From Fimbriosthenelais zetlandica (Eukaryota): a stretch of 64,000 nucleotides of DNA. Numbering within the stretch: the first letter of the stretch is position 1; each line of letters starts with the position of its first letter. The stretch covers positions 29,636,001-29,700,000 of the forward strand of contig OZ365115.1 in assembly GCA_977030845.1 (NCBI GenBank), read 5' to 3'. Below the pieces are notes generated by a model that saw only the letters and a program-made list of their open reading frames with translations, ran no database searches and was not told the origin of the DNA. This document shows positions 61,037-64,000 of this stretch, piece after piece. Position numbers and translations under genes: made by a program.

Positions 61037-64000
61037 AAGGACCCCAGACTATTTCTTTTAAAGAAAGTATCTCTATTGTCTCCCTCTCCTTTGGTTTCCT
61101 TTGCCCTCGGGTTTAAGCATGACCCATTGGCAGGTAGAGTTTACAGGGAGGTGAGGGAGAGAGACAAGTTATGAAACATCCATATATCACAGGGCCATTA
61201 TTCCGTCAAGCACCTGGCGGGCGGTGTAACAGTAGCTGGTGAGCGAGCAGGTGTTGGCAGCTTTTCTCCCCTCCTCCTCCTCTCTCCTCCCGTTATACCT
61301 GTCACTCACCGCCATCATCCTCTCTCCAAGGCTGTTCCAAAGTTTGGAAGTTATAATCCAAATTATTGGTTTCTTCGAAAGTTTTTTGCTTCAGCGTATT
61401 CCCAGACCATGGTGTTGTTCCATAAAAAAGGTGAAATGTCATTGGCCAAGAGTAATATTAATATGAGCTATTGATATGGATACATACATATCCATTTTAC
61501 TTGCCAAGATCATGGTTTCATATTCTCTGAAAAATCTTACACCTGGCTGGCATCTGTTTGGAAGGATACACATGATCCTTTTCCTCCTATAAGGTATCAT
61601 TATTGTAGGTAAGCTTCCTACCAGAGAATGTTGCTTACCTGTTACCTGAATAGCCTGATGGTTGTATGTCCCATCATGGCCAAAACAGTTAAATATGTTA
61701 AAACAGTAATCGAGGAAAAACCCATGGGCACAAAAGAGCTGTGTGGATCAAACTGCATGTGTCATTCCCTTTTAGTGTGTTGAAATTTTGAGCTGCTCGA
61801 AAACGGGACTAGAATCCCTTAAATGTTACTTCAATACGGTCGCATTGAAGTGGCGACCTTGCTCTTTTCTTATGTTGTTCATATTTAAATCTTACTTATT
61901 TTTTCGAAACGTTTGACAAAATAGAAGTCCAAAATTATATCTCACTTGTTACATCTTCAAGAGGGGTAGACTCTGACTAAAATTGAGTAAAATACTCTAG
62001 TTATTGTTAATCAAGTAAGGATAGTGAGTCCATGTGGGACTGAGATCAGCCTCACAGTTAGCTTATTAATGGATTGCTTGGCACACTGCTCCCTTTAACT
62101 GTCGCCCCGGGTGCTGGAGGCACTTGAATTATTTCTCTGCTGCGTGTCAGACCTATGATAAATACATCATAAACTTCTCTTAGCAAAAATATGACGTGTT
62201 TAAAACATCATTTATCAATCTGCTAGTGTGATGTCCTCAAGTGAATCTATAGGAAGTGCCCCAGAAGTTAATATGCATTTATAAAATCCACTGCCTCCTT
62301 CTTTCCTTTAATAATTTTTTGCTGTGAAGTATTATTGTCATCGTCATGATTTTGACTGATCTTTTGTTTCTAAAATAATCCCCATGAGCAAAAAATGGAT
62401 TGTCTCCATGTTGGACAGATAAAGTGCATTTAAGACACAGGATTCTTCTTATCCAGCCACTGGTAAAATATCTTTAGGATAATTCATTTTGGATTATGAG
62501 GAAAGGCAGTGAAATGCTCTGCGTGACCAAGTTGGTACATTCTGGGAGAACAAATGTTGGTGTCGTATTGGCGGACCTATTATTTAAAGTAACTTGATCT
62601 TGTCATAATGCCATAATGCCCTCCATATACTGACAGGGAATTGTTCAGATCAAATCTCCACCCAGTTTAAATTCATAGCCCTCATTTTTCCAAGGGAGCC
62701 TATAAAGAAATTCTATGCATCGTGACGATAAATATATCTCTGAATACCTTGCCATGGCCTTTTATTTCACTGCTATTTGGATTGACAATGGGGGCTCTTT
62801 CCGAAGGAAGATATTAGGAATTTGCATGAAAAGACATGGAATTTGGCAGAAAATTTAGTAACGAATGGACTCCCATAGTGAGACGTGCTGTTGGATGGAA
62901 GGGAAGACGATTCTGTAAGACATGTTAGTTTACAGTTGCCTTGCCCGGCTGTCTCTTTTCCTTCGTGACACTTGGCCATGATTGGTCCTTTGTTTACTGC
63001 CCAATGACAGCATGCTGATAGAATGAACCAGCGACCTCCCACTCTCTTCACTATCAGGCCACAGGAGGAAGGGGTGCACTGTTCCGGCCTAATATCTGAA
63101 GACAAGAACTGGTTTAATCCACAATAAATAATATCAATCACCGAGTCCAAATGTCAAGTTATTCCACCTTATTATCCCCCAGCACTTATCCAGTTCCAAA
63201 TGAGTTCATCCATGATGACATGGCCTTTTTCATGGGAGGCAAATTCTGGCGCGTAAATTATGAGCAGCTCTTTAAGTAAAACAAAAATTAAACATGTTCT
63301 TTGCCTGGATCTCGGCAGTGTCATTTGATTATGCAGTGGAGGGGAATGAATTAGAGGTGTTAGCAGTGATTTCCCGAATTCCCGTGAGGCTAATGCTTTT
63401 ACAAGTGCTTCTCGTCATTTTTACCACAGTGATTCATACGCTGAAAGAGGAAAATACCATTGTTTATCATGGCCTTGATGATTGTTGCTGATCTCAAAGT
63501 CCAATGTATATTCTACAAAGTGTTCTAACTATTCCAGTCATCCATGAGAATGGTGTGTAACTGAACTTAACCCAAAACTGTATAGTTATGGCAGCTTCAG
63601 ATGCTTCACGTTGCAATCATCACCAATGACCATATATGGCAGGAGAGTATCCAGTATATATATACTCTGTACTTAGTTCATTACGAAGGTTGGATCTCAT
63701 TAACCCAGTAATTAGTGCAGGATATAGAAGCCTGGAACCATCAACAATATTTCAAAGGAGATTTCAGGATCTTCGCATTTGTCTTATATTGTGGACAAAA
63801 TGGCTGACTTAATCAGTTGTTAAAGGAGATCACAAGAAGGCAATGCCTGAAGGAGCAAGTGCGACTGATTAATTTTCCAACTCCTTCTTAAATTCTCTCT
63901 CCCCTACTCGAAATACTCCTTAATGTCATAGAAGTGCATGGTAAGAGAATCCCACCAAGTCCAATGCGTTGATTATCATCAGTCCCAAGTGTCAATCAAA

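Noticed and set aside
61299-61431. Minus-strand frame of about 44 codons ending at a consensus donor (GGCG|gtgagt)
   Set aside because: No recognisable homology, no acceptor and no downstream partner exon; it could be chance.

Overview
AT-rich, intron-containing metazoan genomic DNA, probably from an invertebrate bilaterian (lineage inferred only from gene content and k-mer style). There is no prokaryotic operon structure, CRISPR array, rRNA or tRNA. Seven protein-coding genes were assembled by hand from GT-AG splice sites with checked phases: (1) the last two exons of an SLC1-family amino-acid transporter (+, 1294-1778); (2) an orphan mucin-like type I membrane protein (-, 3020-6253); (3) HSD17B12-type 3-ketoacyl-CoA reductase (-, 17912-22504), head-to-head with (4) a Bcl-2-family gene (+, 23447-24961); (5) PP1 inhibitor-2, PPP1R2 (-, 29410-32255), head-to-head with (6) the OTU deubiquitinase VCPIP1 (+, 33906-39871); (7) the first exon of an sFRP1/2/5 gene (+, 44439-44988), whose netrin-domain exons were not found in the window. 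Main observations: the head-to-head HSD17B12/Bcl-2 pair both carry tandem-duplicated, diverged alternative last exons (three and two) encoding the membrane-targeting C-termini; the SLC1 has Gly at the amino-group-binding Asp of TM8; there is a candidate 18-nt neural-type microexon in the sFRP intron; the mucin has a stop-free 120-nt intron flanked by an 8-bp direct repeat; and a spliced 91-codon ORF lies upstream of sFRP. All gene models are manual and lack RNA support. Most short ORFs in the supplied track look like chance ORFs or partial exons.
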